DNA of 64,000 nt from Octopus sinensis (GCF_006345805.1 NC_043012.1:44826001-44890000); one strand, 5' to 3'; positions 1 through 13,185 are shown, counted from the stretch's first letter. The notes: a model not told the origin generated them from the letters alone. Made by a program: numbers and translations.

Positions 1-560
1 AAAGGCCATTGATCGGTAATGGAGTAAAAGAAAAAGGAGAAGTCAGGATGCAAAGTCCAACTACTTAGTTAACTTATGGTTAAAGCAAAACAAACCATAG
101 CAGCCCTGACATATGAAGGTAAAATGCGTGTAACGAAATTCATATTGACTTTTCGGTGTACATGGAGAATATATTGAAAAGACGTGTGATGGAGATGTGG
201 TCCAGATAGTAGTTATTCTTAGATAGAAATAACAATGAAGCAGAGACGCGGTGATTTTCCTTAGGGAAATGACAAACAATAGAAGAAAAGACTGATGAAA
301 TGCAATAGAGGTCTTTTTGAATGATAAATATACTTTGAAAATGTGGATAGATTTGGTGAAAACGTTAACCTATTCAGTCTTTTAGAAATACATGACTGTC
401 AACAAATACTGTTTATGACATGGTATAAAGTAAAAAGTATGAATCTGGTTATTGAATTAATCCTAACTTGTAACGAAGAAAGTGTTTCAAATATAAAGAT
501 CTTTTAGAATTTATATTATATTTTAATTGATAATTTGTTACAATGTATTACAATATTATA

Positions 561-732
<172 letters not shown>

Positions 733-893
733 AGTTGAAAAGGGGTTAGGAATCTATACAAGCCAAAGTATATAGGTAAAAAGTAAAAGTGGAAACAGTA
801 TGGAAGTATGTTTAAAGATTGCTTTATTTTCCCCCTTTAACTGGACAGAATAAGTACTTTATATTTATTACATTAAGTGACTTTTATAAAATA

Positions 894-938
894 TTAGCAG
901 AGACTCCGGGCATTGCTCCGGATTAAAATGGTGTAGTT

Positions 939-1009
<71 letters not shown>

Positions 1010-1481
1010 CAGTTATGTTGAAACATGTGATACGGGAACGTGCAACATTGACGACAAAGTATTGTGGTTAGAATTAAAGTAAAAGTATAGAAGTGAAACA
1101 TATAGTGTGTTTAATAACGTACCTAACACGGAAAGATACACACACTGTGAGACATATACACTCTCATACACTCACGCACACATATACAACATGTGATATC
1201 GTCGTCGTCGTGGTTAGAATTACAAGTAAAAGTATATAAGTGAAACAATATATCCCATTACAATATAGATGTTATTATTTCACTTTTATTACAATATAGA
1301 TGTTATTGTTTCACTTTTATTCTTTGAGTTTTTACACGTAATACGGAACCAGTGCTAATATTGCACTATGTTGATCCAAAAAAATCACAGAGTCTCATAG
1401 TATTACCATGTAAAATTTGAGCCGTTTGAGAATGCATTGGGAGCAGACAGAGACAGACAAAGGATTTTATTTATATATAGA
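894..1481 (-). mobile_element. Non-autonomous Helitron-like element (~590 bp)
   Basis: On the minus strand it starts A^TCTATATATAAATAAAATCC followed by GTCT-type repeats and ends CTAA^T (CTRR). A GC-rich hairpin (tccgggcattgctccgga, 905-922) lies 11 bp from that end. Insertion is between A and T with no TSD. Confidence 0.65.
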
Positions 1482-2341
1482 TTACCAGTTTCGATGTGTA
1501 TGTCCATCTTACCAAATAATTAAAATTCTAAGCTAAGGATTAGGAAATTAAAAACAAACAAACTAGGAAATGAGAAAAAATTGGAAATTAAAACAGTTTG
1601 TTTTCATCGCCTGTGCGTAGTTAAGAGCATATAACGGGAGTGGGGTGGTGGCATATGTATAGTGGATCGTTTGGTAATGAATCTTATTAGTTTCAGAACA
1701 CCATTCATTATCCCTAAAAATCGTTACCACATCAATTAAAATATATGCATTTTGGGATACTACGTTCCAAACTCCGAATGAATACGGAACGTCTACATGC
1801 AAACTACCCCTTTAAGAAATGATAGAACACAAATTAATAAAAATCACTGCCTATAATAAAAACTAGTAATTATTTTGACAATGAGGTAATAAACTATAAA
1901 GATGAATGTACGGAAAGTGAAAGTGGAATAAAGTCGAAGAATCCAGCGATTACTTTAGATCTCTCGTGCGAAGATAAGCTGACGAATATTATAATGAAGA
2001 TTTATAAAATAAACAGATATTACATGATAAATAACATTTAACAAAACAATTACAAATTAATTAATCATTTAATTAAACATATTGTAAGGTTCAATCTGTG
2101 TATGTAAACAAAGGGAAATAATTCAATATGATTTTCATTTGTCCAAATAAGCTGATAAAAAGTTTATAAAAATTATCTAAATTAACAATTGAAATATCAA
2201 TTGAAATGTTATGATATTTATCCAAAGTGAAAGGCAATAGAATATTTGGGGAGATGAAGAAGAGTAATAAGCTCTTCTCAGGTTTGTTCTCCAAGTTTTA
2301 TTCTTCTATTGAAGAATCACCCAGGATGGATTGCTGTGGAC

Positions 2342-2578
2342 TAGTGTTTCACAACCAGTTTTTACCTATGGACCCCTTTGATAGACCCTACTTGTCATTC
2401 GATGTTTAAAAAATCCTATTTTATTTTTATAATTAAATATTATTAGGAATTGTACAAAGAAAAATGTTAGAATATTTTGTGTATTGCTGAAGTATAACCA
2501 ATTTATTGCCAATTAATTATAACACCAAAATCTTTTATAGACCCCTAAGGGCCATCTGACCCCGGTTGAGAACCACTG
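2342..2578. mobile_element. hAT/Charlie-like MITE
   Basis: Imperfect TIRs tagtgtttcacaaccag / ccggttgagaaccactg (CAGTGGTTCTCAAC type). Flanking 8-mers ctgtggac and ccgtagaa match 5/8. Confidence 0.55.
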
Positions 2579-2589
2579 CCGTAGAATAT

Positions 2590-3780
2590 TCTTCTGAACA
2601 GTCGAAAAGCACAACAGCAGCTTATCTGAAACATAATCCACACCTCATCCAGTTTTTATCCTGGAATAATTCTTTTCTTGATTTGATCTTCCTCAAAGTT
2701 CACTCCTTGTATGGGTTAAATCTTCTCCTGGCATAGTTCCTTCAGGTTTTTGATGAACTATTCTCTTCTCTGCGTATCAACTAAACAATTTTTGTCCTCA
2801 CTATCCACCTCGAAACCTATCGGCAAAAGCACACATTTTCGTCAAGTATAGGCTTTGTTTTAAACATTTAAAAGCTAATTTAAGAGACAATACTTGGCAA
2901 CAATGCTTTCCATGGTGTGTTCAAATGCTCAGAAAACTGCTTTCTCCATGATAAACACACAACATCTGCAATGGTGATTTTCCCTAAAACTCTTCTAGTG
3001 TTGCATCAGACTCTTCAAAATAGACCCTGAATAAGATGCATTGTGTGTAATGTTTTAAAACATATAAGAATTGCTGATCGGAGGACTGTAGCTGAGAAAT
3101 AGTACGAAGAAGTAGCAAAGGAGCTGATCAAATTCCATTAAGTTAGGGCGGTGTGCTGGAGCATTATCCATTACAGAAATATACATTGAAGCATTTTTTC
3201 ATTGAGGCAGTCAAGTACAGTGAGAGCAAGCAAGCACATCAGTGAAACATGCAGTAACCAAATTCCTAGTAACTCAGGCCTTCGAAATGGAAACCCATTG
3301 AACTTCTTCAAGAATATTCGGCAGAACACCAAGCCTGCTCTTTTTAATGTTATTGATGACTACGGGGTATCCGAATGATATAATATGAGTGGCTTCATTT
3401 TCTAATCCGCTGAAGCAACTTTAGTCTTTTGTTTATCGGTATATTTCTAGCAATATGCCCACCTGTTCTGTGGAGCAAGTCATTTTGGAGATCTCTTTTC
3501 CCCCAAAAGCCTATCTCATCACAATTAAATAACACGATATATTTTTGCAGTGACTGAGTTGGAATAGGTAGCTTTACCATGTCTTGAAATACAGTACCCA
3601 CCAGAACGGGTTTTAAATGATTCGAAACAACTGCTTTAAAGTTCATTACTTTTACACCACAAGTAATCGAATATCTCTCTCAAGCTGTATTTAGCTTTTT
3701 CACAAATAAGTTATCCACTCACTGATGTACCAGCTAAGTAATATCTGTTATCTACAGCCATTAAAGATCCCCCATTTCAA
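2590..3780 (-). mobile_element. Decayed Tigger/pogo (CENP-B-like DDE_1) transposase
   Basis: Minus-strand translation across stops and frameshifts gives, in order, LAGTSVSG*LICEKAK (HTH), FKAVVS, LFNCDEIG, KMKPL, SKA*VTRN, MDNAPAH and LQSSDQQ, colinear with pogo/Tigger transposases. Confidence 0.75.
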
Positions 3781-3879
3781 TTGTGTGAGGCACAAGTGCT
3801 TTTCAGCCTATACGAGCCCTTCACTATTACTTTATTATTTTATCTCATTTGCTCCCTCTCTCTTTCTCGATAATTAGAT

Positions 3880-4010
3880 CAGGGATTCCACTGTGGGGCA
3901 GGCAATGCGTTGTGTCCTTGAGCAAGGCATTTCATTTTACACTGCTCCAACCTACTCAAGCAAAAATGATTACCAGCCATGTGCTGGTGTAGTTCTCTGT
4001 CCTTGCGGTT
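3880..4010 (+). mobile_element. SINE family D fragment
   Basis: gcgttgtgtccttgagcaaggcatttcattttacactgctcca matches the body of the SINE at 49219-49555. Confidence 0.5.
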
Positions 4011-4119
4011 GTCATATAATAAGCGTTTCCTTATATACTACTGTAGACGCCACTCTCTTGCGAGCAACGTCTATATAACGCGCGCGCCCACACACACATT
4101 TACATATTTGTGTGTATAT

Positions 4120-4188
<69 letters not shown>

Positions 4189-4900
4189 GTATATATATAT
4201 GTATATAAGCAATATGAGAGGTATTGTATCCAGAAGACGCAAGGTAGCAGGTACGCAATGTAAGTGCTATGGAAGGAGTGAGGAGTCTAATGCGGGTCTT
4301 GTATGAGCATGTGTAGTTAGATAAAATGAGTCAACAAAGCCAAGGCTGTGTGGAATTTTCAGGACATCTATAAAGAGAAAAACTTATAGCTGTTTCTGGG
4401 ATATTAGTGATATCCCTTCATCAGAGACGATGTGAGATCGTTAATAGAGGAAAATATTCGAGTTCAATATGAGGAGTTATTTTAGAAAAGGAAGCAAATA
4501 AGGAGAATATGGGGAATAGGAGAATGATGTAGAAATAGAATAAAAACATATAGATGTTCTAGTTGCAGTTCCATTGATAATGGAACTGCAACTATAATAT
4601 CTATATATGTTTGTATTTCTATTTCTACATTCATTCTCCTAGAAATGCTTCCTGTCCTTAGTATATAATACAATAGTAGTTCATATTTTGTCATCACAAA
4701 TGGAAAGTATGGAGACGTAGATTCCATGCGCTGTTCATTCAAAGGGGTCTTGTGGTGTGGATGAAAATCTGAGAAGGCAGTGGTAGGATTAAGTCAATAG
4801 AGAGAGGAGAAGAGATGTGTAAGTTAAAATGAAGAGCGAAGTCAAAGGAAAATGTGATAGAGGAATGAGAGAGAAAGAAAGAAAGAGGTGTATATCAATA

Positions 4901-5000
4901 NNNNNNNNNNNNNNNNNNNNNNNNNNNNNNNNNNNNNNNNNNNNNNNNNNNNNNNNNNNNNNNNNNNNNNNNNNNNNNNNNNNNNNNNNNNNNNNNNNNN
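4901..5000. other. Assembly gap (100 N) with the same ~700 bp on both sides (4201-4900 and 5046-5752)
   Basis: N run seen directly. The two flanks differ essentially only by small indels. Confidence 0.95.
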
Positions 5001-5159
5001 TATATATATATAAATATAATATATGTATGTATGTATATATATATGTATATAAGCAATATGAGAGGTATTGTATCCAGAAGACGCAAGGTAGCAGGTAACG
5101 CAATGTAAGTGCTATGGAAGGAGTGAGGAGTCTAATGCGGGTCTTGTATGAGCATGTGT

Positions 5160-6760
5160 ATGTTAGATAAAATGAGTCAACAAAGCCAAGGCTGTGTGGA
5201 ATTTTCAGGACATCTATAAAGAGAAAAACTTATAGCTGTTTCTGGGATATTAGTGATATCCCTTCATCAGAGACGATGTGAGATCGTTAAATAGAGGAAA
5301 ATATTCGAGTTCAATATGAGGAGTTATTTTAGAAAAGGAAGCAAATAAGGAGAATATGGGGAATAGGAGAATGAATGTAGAAATAGAAATAAAAACATAT
5401 ATAGATGTTCTAGTTGCAGTTCCATTGATAATGGAACTGCAACTATAATATCTATATATGTTTTTATTTCTATTTCTACATTCATTCTCCTAGAAATGCT
5501 TCCTGTCCTTAGTATATAAATACCAATAGTAGTTCATATTTTGTCATCACAAATGGAAAGTATGGAGACGTAGATTCCATGCGCTGTTCATTCAAAGGGG
5601 TCTTGTGGTGTGGATGAAAATCTGAGAAGGCAGTGGTAGGATTAAGTCAATAGAGAGAGGAGAAGAGATGTGTAAGTTAAAATGAAGAGCGAAGTCAAAG
5701 GAAAATGTGATAGAGGAATGAGAGAGAAAGAAAGAAAGAGGTGTATATCAATATATGCACGTATGTTTATATATGTGCGTGTATACATTATTATACAGGC
5801 CTGCGTACTTGTGTATTTAAACCCGTAAGTGCCATTCTAACATATCATCCCACCTCACATACCCCATACATTTCATTACTTATTTCTTTACTACACACAA
5901 GGGGCTAAACACAGAGAGGACAAACAAGGACATACAAACGGATTAAGTCGATTATATCGACCCCAGTGCGCAACTGGTACTTATTTAATCGACCCCGAAA
6001 GGATGAAAGGCAAAGTCGACCTCGGCGGAATTTTAACTCGGAACGTAGCAGCAGACGAAATACTGCATTTCGCCCGGCGTGCTAACGTTTCTGCCAGCTC
6101 GCCGCCTTACATTTCATTACTTACATTCATATCTCTTCCAGCACTCCCCTACTCCTCTCCCACCCCCTCATAATATCTTGACCACCAACTAACACTCCTT
6201 TTTTCCCATTTTTCTCTTTCTTACACTTCTTTCATTTTCTCTTCCTCTTGCTTTACTTCTTTTCTCACTTTTTCCTTTGACCTCGCTCTTCATTTTAACA
6301 TACACATCTCCTCTCCCATCTCTATCCACTTAATACTAACACTACATTCTCAAATCTGTATTCACACCCCAAAACCCCTTTGAATGAACAGCACATGGAA
6401 TTTACGTATCCAAACTTTCCATTTTTGATGACAAAATATGAACTTCCATTGGGCAAGAAGCATTCCTACAAATTCTACACATCACTCTCCTTGGATAATG
6501 GAACTGCAACCAGAACATCTATATATGTTTTTATTTCTATTTCTACATTCATTCTCCTATTTCCCCATATACTCCTTATTTGCTTCCAAAATAACTCGTC
6601 ATGTTGAACTCTAATATTTCCCTCTATTTAACCATCTCACATTGTTTCTGATGAAGAGATATCCCTAATATCCCAGAAACAACAGTAAGTCTAACTTTCT
6701 CTTTATAAACGTCCTGAAAATTCCACATAGCCTTGGCTTTGTTGTCTCATTTTATTTAAC
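5160..6760. mobile_element. Diverged inverted pair (~5160-5745 vs ~6240-6760), probably PLE-type 3' termini with hammerhead-like motifs
   Basis: Clear reverse-complement similarity between arms. A CTGATGA-A-stem(GGGATAT/ATATCCC)-A-GAAAC motif is at 5229-5272 (-) and, with one stem mismatch, at 6646-6689 (+). Confidence 0.55.
5882..6107 (-). mobile_element. tRNA-derived SINE family A, full length
   Basis: Head ggcggcgagctggcagaaacgttagcacg, B-box-like segment and core gtcgactttgcctttcatcctttcggggtcga. Perfect 15-bp TSD tacatttcattactt at 5867-5881 and 6108-6122. Confidence 0.9.
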
Positions 6761-6799
6761 ACAAACACGCACACAAACACAGACCACACACACAGACAG

Positions 6800-6860
<61 letters not shown>

Positions 6861-7136
6861 GAAAACAAATCAAATTGCGATAGAATATATATATAATATA
6901 TAATATATTATAATATATATATGCAGATATATACATACGTATATATATGCATACATGGGTACACGCATGTATATATATCATTTCAAGTATTATTTGATTG
7001 AACGCCACGCATCCACACACACACACACACACACACACACACCACCATATATATATATAATATATATATATATATATTTCTAGATCACAGGCTAGAAATT
7101 GCCTGATTTCCTTCGTCAACACCATATTCGATAGAT

Positions 7137-7746
7137 AGATTTACCAAATGCCACAAGCCTTCACCTCTGACAAGCACCATCAGATAGTGGGGGGAGGGTG
7201 CAGATGTTAAAACTAAGTAATGACTGGGACCGTAAAAATTTCCCTCCAAAATTCTGCTATGCGCGCCGCCTGGGTGATCGCAATGGAGTAAGAAATCCGC
7301 ATGGTAATACAATAAAAATGGTAAATAATTTTTCAGTGGTTTTTCATACAACCAACAATTATTTACCGGTAAATTTCGGTATGTAAATATGACAATTTCA
7401 GCGTCAGGAACTTCTGTAAAGTTCAGTATATAGTAAAAATAATTAAAAGGGCGGGCAACAGGCTGCTTCGCTGCATACCGAAGGAATTAGAAATGGCAGT
7501 CAAAGACTGTTTTTTCCATTTTCTACAAGTGGAGGTTCCATATACGACAAACCCTGCGATTCACATACGCAATATCGGAGTAGCAAATAAACGAAAACAA
7601 TCTCTTACCGTCAATGGTGAACATACCCAGGCGGCGTGCATGGCAGAATTTTGGAGGGAAAATTTACGGTCCCAGTCATTACTTAGTTTTAACATCTGCA
7701 CACCTCCCCCCACTATCTGAGGTGAAGGCTTGTGGCATTTGGTAAA

Positions 7747-7749
<3 letters not shown>
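7137..7749. mobile_element. Unclassified MITE/foldback element with ~125-140 bp TIRs
   Basis: 7137-7275 is the reverse complement of 7625-7749 apart from a 14-bp insertion and a few substitutions. The ~350-bp interior is non-coding. Confidence 0.75.
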
Positions 7750-7783
<34 letters not shown>

Positions 7784-7794
7784 TCTTTTATTCC

Positions 7795-8008
7795 TTTATT
7801 CTTTTACACGCTTCAGTCATTTGACTGTGGGCATGCTGAAGTACTACCTTAAAGAGTTTTAGTCGAAGACATCGACCTAAGAACATTCTTTGTAACTCTA
7901 TTACTTATTCTGCCAGTTACTTTTGCCGAGCCGCTAAGTTGTCAAGCTATGATTGGAGGACAAACACAGACACAAAGATACACACATATAAATACACACA
8001 CACACGCA

Positions 8009-8039
<31 letters not shown>

Positions 8040-8068
8040 CCACACACACACACCACACATATATATCG

Positions 8069-8100
<32 letters not shown>

Positions 8101-8232
8101 CACGATGGGTTTCTTTCAGTTTCCGCCTACCAAATCCATTCACAAGGCTTTAGTCGGCCCGGGGTTATAGAAGACAATTGCCGAAGTTGTGGAAGTAAGC
8201 TTCTTACCATGCAACCACGGTTGCGACTACCC
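7795..8232 (-). mobile_element. SINE family B (internal CA/AT microsatellite), diverged
   Basis: Matches the reverse complement of 36116-36522. Confidence 0.8.
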
Positions 8233-8257
8233 CATATGCGTGTGTATAATTATATAT

Positions 8258-8288
<31 letters not shown>

Positions 8289-8662
8289 GTATATATATGT
8301 ATATATAAATTAACAAACTGAGGAAAAGAGATCCTTCAAAGGGGTCTGTTAAACATCCAATTCACTTGTACATCAGTTGAACACCATATTAATATGGCAA
8401 TTACAGAGATAAATTAATAGAGAAATACTATTGACATTCCAATAATTTATTCATATCATAATATTACATGATATACTATGAATATAATATAGCGTAATAT
8501 TATATACATAAACAATTATTGACAAAACCATAAAAGGCCAACAAATCGTTTCGACTTATAATACATTCTGATATATATATATATTATATATATATATATA
8601 TATAATATATAAATAGATACATATATACATAAACTTACATATATGTATCAATATGTATATGT

Positions 8663-8719
<57 letters not shown>

Positions 8720-9489
8720 TCACATATATTTATACATATGTGCCTTCGTCGGTATCTTTTTATAGTTATTGATGTAAAGCAGTGTGTCGAGCTGCAGCTC
8801 TTTATATAAAAAATAAGGTAACGGAGACACTCTACGGAGAACATTAAAATCAGAATGTGAGTGAAAGGAGAAATGCAGTCGATATGTGAGACTAAAATGC
8901 CACAGAACGACCGCAGTCAAGTGACAGAAACCAATAAAACAATGGCACATACATACGTCTCTTCTCATTTATTGTTTTGTGCTAAGTCGAATTTTCTGAT
9001 ATTCGTGCATTTTCCCCTGTGAAGTTTTAGTCAATGTCTTCAGTAAAACGGACTCCAGCTGGTAAACCTCGGAACAAACAACCCTGTCCTATCTACACTA
9101 TATGTCTGTTATAGCGGTTTCTCTTTCACAGCTAAGCGCTCTCAGATTTGTGGTGTACGAAGGATGTAGCATGAAGTGAAAGATTCTTATATAGTTTATT
9201 TATTCTTAATAACCTTATCAAACGCCCATGACCATTCCCAAGGATATCGTTAAAATCTGAACAATTGATTTAAATACGATGACTAAAATGATGATAGCGG
9301 TGAGGATGATAATGCTGACAACGACGATAAGGATTATAATGATAACCGGGATGATGATAATGATATCGCTGTTGTTGTTGGCTGATAATGGTGATGATGA
9401 TGAGGATGGTTATAATATTTTACTTTATTCATTTCAAACTACAGCAATGGCAGAAACAACAGAAAAATGTAGAAAATATCGACATAATT

Positions 9490-9878
9490 TTGATTTCAAA
9501 TTCTAGCAAAGGCCAGCAAATCCGCGGAGTGGGTAAGTCGATTACATTAACACTAGTACTCAACTGGTACGTGTTTTATAGGTCATTTATTGGTCCTTTC
9601 ATCATGTTAAACCGTTAATCCATTTTTCTGTCGAAGGCTTGAAACGTCAAATGTTTTTTCCCTTCTTCCCGAACATCAAACTATTACACCTGTTTGTTGT
9701 TCCCTCACCTGTTTTTGTCTTTTGTTTTCTGTATATTCGAATCACTTATTTTATCAACACTGAAAGGATGAAAAGCAAGGTCGGCCTCAGCGGTATTTGA
9801 ACTCAGAACGTAAAAACGGATGAAATGCCGCTAAGCATTTTTCCCGACGAGCTAATTATTCTGCCAGCTTGCTACCTT
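9490..9878 (-). mobile_element. SINE family A, diverged, interrupted by a PLE-terminus-like fragment (~9615-9745)
   Basis: SINE A tail and head are separated by a segment containing ctgtcgaaggcttgaaacgtc, similar to 62614-62700. Confidence 0.55.
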
Positions 9879-10679
9879 CCATATAAACATGATATTAAAA
9901 GACATCATTAAGAAGTGCATTCTTGTACTTGCAAATAACAGCAACATTTGCAGCAGCATCCGCAGTAGGAACAACAACAACAAAAGCAGAGCAATAAATA
10001 AATAAACAGCAAAACACTAATGTAGAAAAAGCGGTAACAGTTTGTGGTGAGAAATGTTGGTTTCATTTAAGACCATAGAGTTCTTTAGTCATCAGCAATG
10101 ATTCCTTCTTCTATTCTCTCTCCTTCTTTCCATCATCAACATCAGTATGACCAACTATAATAACACCGATAGCAACAGCAAATGTATTGACCAGACTTCA
10201 ATAAATGGCCGAATTGAGTACATCGACCGATCGATTATTCCAGAAGGATTAAATCTACTTCCGGTGAAGTAGAATTGCATTATAACCAACCATTTTAGAA
10301 AAGTAAAAAGTCAAGTTGGTGGCCAGCAAAGCTGAAGTTGTTGATGGCAGTTGAAAGGTTACACAGCTTTCTGAAGAGGGAGAGAAAGAGAGAGAGTGAG
10401 AGAGAAAGACACAGAGAGAATATGGGGAAAGAAAGATAAAGAGAAAGAAAGAGAGATATAAAGAAAGGTAAAGAAACGATGGAAGAAAAGATAAAAGCGA
10501 AAACAGAAGAGAAAGAGAAAAGCAGACGACAGACGAAATGGTGGAAATGTAAATGAAATAAAGACTTGAAAGAAAGAAACGCAATGGAAGAGAGAAGTAA
10601 AAGTAATAGCTGAAACATCGAAGTCATTGAAAGACAGAAGAAAAGGAAGTAGAAACAATAGCGAGAAAGATAAATACAA

Positions 10680-10713
<34 letters not shown>

Positions 10714-11309
10714 AAGAGAGAGAATGAGAGGGGCTGAGTGTATTATCGAATGAAAAAAAGCAAAATCAAGCTTTTGTAGAATTAGGAGAAATGCGTGAAA
10801 GCAAGAGTGAGAAGGAGAGAAGATAGGAAAAAATCATATCAATCTAAAGAGTGAAAGAACGATGCGGATTGAAAGTAGTGCATTGAGATTTCTAGAGCAG
10901 TCATGCTTATGGACTGCATCAAGGCACAGAAGAGATATTTTCTATTTTGTAATGATTTAGATTTCATTGAAGACTTTTACTACAACTTCGTAAATATTGA
11001 ACAAAAGACTTCCACATGGTTTATATAATTTGTTATGTTGTTGGAAGGAAAAAGAAATTCCTGATATATAAATTTCTAGATTATTTCTATACACACATAC
11101 ACATATACACACACACGCGCACGCACAAACACACACACATGTATATTTATTTATTTATATATGTGTGTGTGTATAAGTTTTTATATTCATTTCATCTGTC
11201 TGTCTGTCTGTCTATCTAATCATGTAAAATAAGTCATTCCTCCATCAAAACTTACATTCATTCATTCATACATAAATACATACATATATATGTACGTACA
11301 TACATTCAT

Positions 11310-11342
<33 letters not shown>

Positions 11343-11457
11343 TATATATATAAATTTCTATATATACATGTACATAGGTACATATACACACACACATATA
11401 CATATATACCATACACACACACGCACACACACACACACATACACACACACACACACT

Positions 11458-11499
<42 letters not shown>

Positions 11500-12158
11500 G
11501 GTAGATATACCTTTATCACATTTTGATGCACTAAATTACCATCTAATAAACTTAATAACTAAGCCTAACCAAATTCGTTCCCATCTTACACGAGAATTTA
11601 TAACGAAATTTATATAACTGAATCTATTATTCGATATTAGGGCAGCTTCTTTTCGACATAGAGATTTAGAGATCTGCTTGCATCCCAGAATCATTAAGAG
11701 TGGAGTAACGAATATAATTTGATCCTCAAACGATAAATACATTGGATTTATCACGAACAATCAGACATCACACAACGAATCAGAATTATTTCATGGCGTT
11801 CAGCATTGTACACTGTGCCGACATTTGATTAATATTGCTTGGGCGACACGTCAACGACATTTGGCAATAGCAGGCTGAGGACTGAACTCTGGTGAATGAG
11901 GAAACATTAGTAGCATCATATTGCTAACAGGTCACGTGCCCAGTTTAACTCTTGCATGCAGAAAATAGTAGTTTACACCGTTGTTAATTTTAGTTATAAA
12001 AAGTAAATCTGAAAGAACACATACAAACAACATATAATAAAGAAATAACATACAAACAACATATATAGTACTTACATACACATCCACACACATACACACA
12101 CACACATACATACATACATACATACATACATACATACATGCATACATACATACATACA

Positions 12159-12189
<31 letters not shown>

Positions 12190-12278
12190 CATACTTGTAG
12201 AGTTTACTTTTTCGTTAGAGTAAAATCAACAAAGAAAGCACTACATCAGGTGAGAGAAAAAATATTGTTTAATAATAT

Positions 12279-12867
12279 ACAGCGTGGCCGTGTGGTAAGA
12301 AGCTTTCTTCCCAACCACATAGTTCCGGGTTCAGCCCCACTGTGTGGAATCTTGAGCAAGTGTCTTCTTATTTCTTTATTGCCCACAATAAACATAGAGG
12401 GGGCAAACAAGGACAGACAAACGGATTAAGTCGATTACATCGAACCCAGTGCGTAACTGGTACTTAATTTATCGACCCCGAATGGATGAAAGGCAAAGTC
12501 GACCTCGGCTGAATTTGAACTCAGAACGTAGCAACAGACGAAATACCCATTTCTTTACTATCCACAAGGGGCTAAACACAGAGAAGCCAAACAAAGACAG
12601 ACGAATGGATTAAATCGATTATATCGACCCCAGTGCGTAACTGGTACTTATTTAATCGACCCCGAAAGGATGAAAGGCAAAGTCGACCTCGGCGGAATTT
12701 GAACTCAGAACGTAGCCGAAGACGAAATACCGCTAAGCATTTCGCCCGGCGTGCTAACGTTTCTGCCAGCTCGCCGCCTTGAGCAAGTATCTTCTGCTAT
12801 AGCCTCGGGGTGACCAAAGCCTTGTGAATGGATTTGGTAGACTGAAAACTGAAAGAGGCCTGTCGTG
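12279..12867 (+). mobile_element. SINE B 5' half interrupted by a SINE A dimer
   Basis: SINE B sequence at 12279-12368 resumes at 12779-12867. Confidence 0.85.
12369..12778 (-). mobile_element. SINE family A dimer (one head, two bodies)
   Basis: Two A bodies join at 12547/12548. A 17-bp TSD ttgagcaagt(g/a)tcttct lies at 12352-12368 and 12779-12795. Confidence 0.85.
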
Positions 12868-12893
12868 TATATATATATATATACATATATATA

Positions 12894-12926
<33 letters not shown>

Positions 12927-13185
12927 AAATTAATTAAAGGACATGCTGAGTATGTCCACCTGCTGGAAATAACAATTAAAACTCTTATTTCCAACAGGTA
13001 GACATACTTAGTATGTCCTTTGAATAATTTTAATCCTTCAGCTTTTTACTGCTTTTTGGGGCTTGCAATCTCCTATATTATTTATTCTGTTATAAACATT
13101 TTTAATTGTTACACTAGATAATAATAGAGTCAGTAATATCTTCACAAATATTTTCTCCTGAATCATTTGCTCCGTATTTATATAT

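Noticed and set aside
1-520. Possible 3' end of an L1/Tx1 ORF2
   Set aside because: The composition is suggestive, but I could not recover diagnostic motifs by translation.
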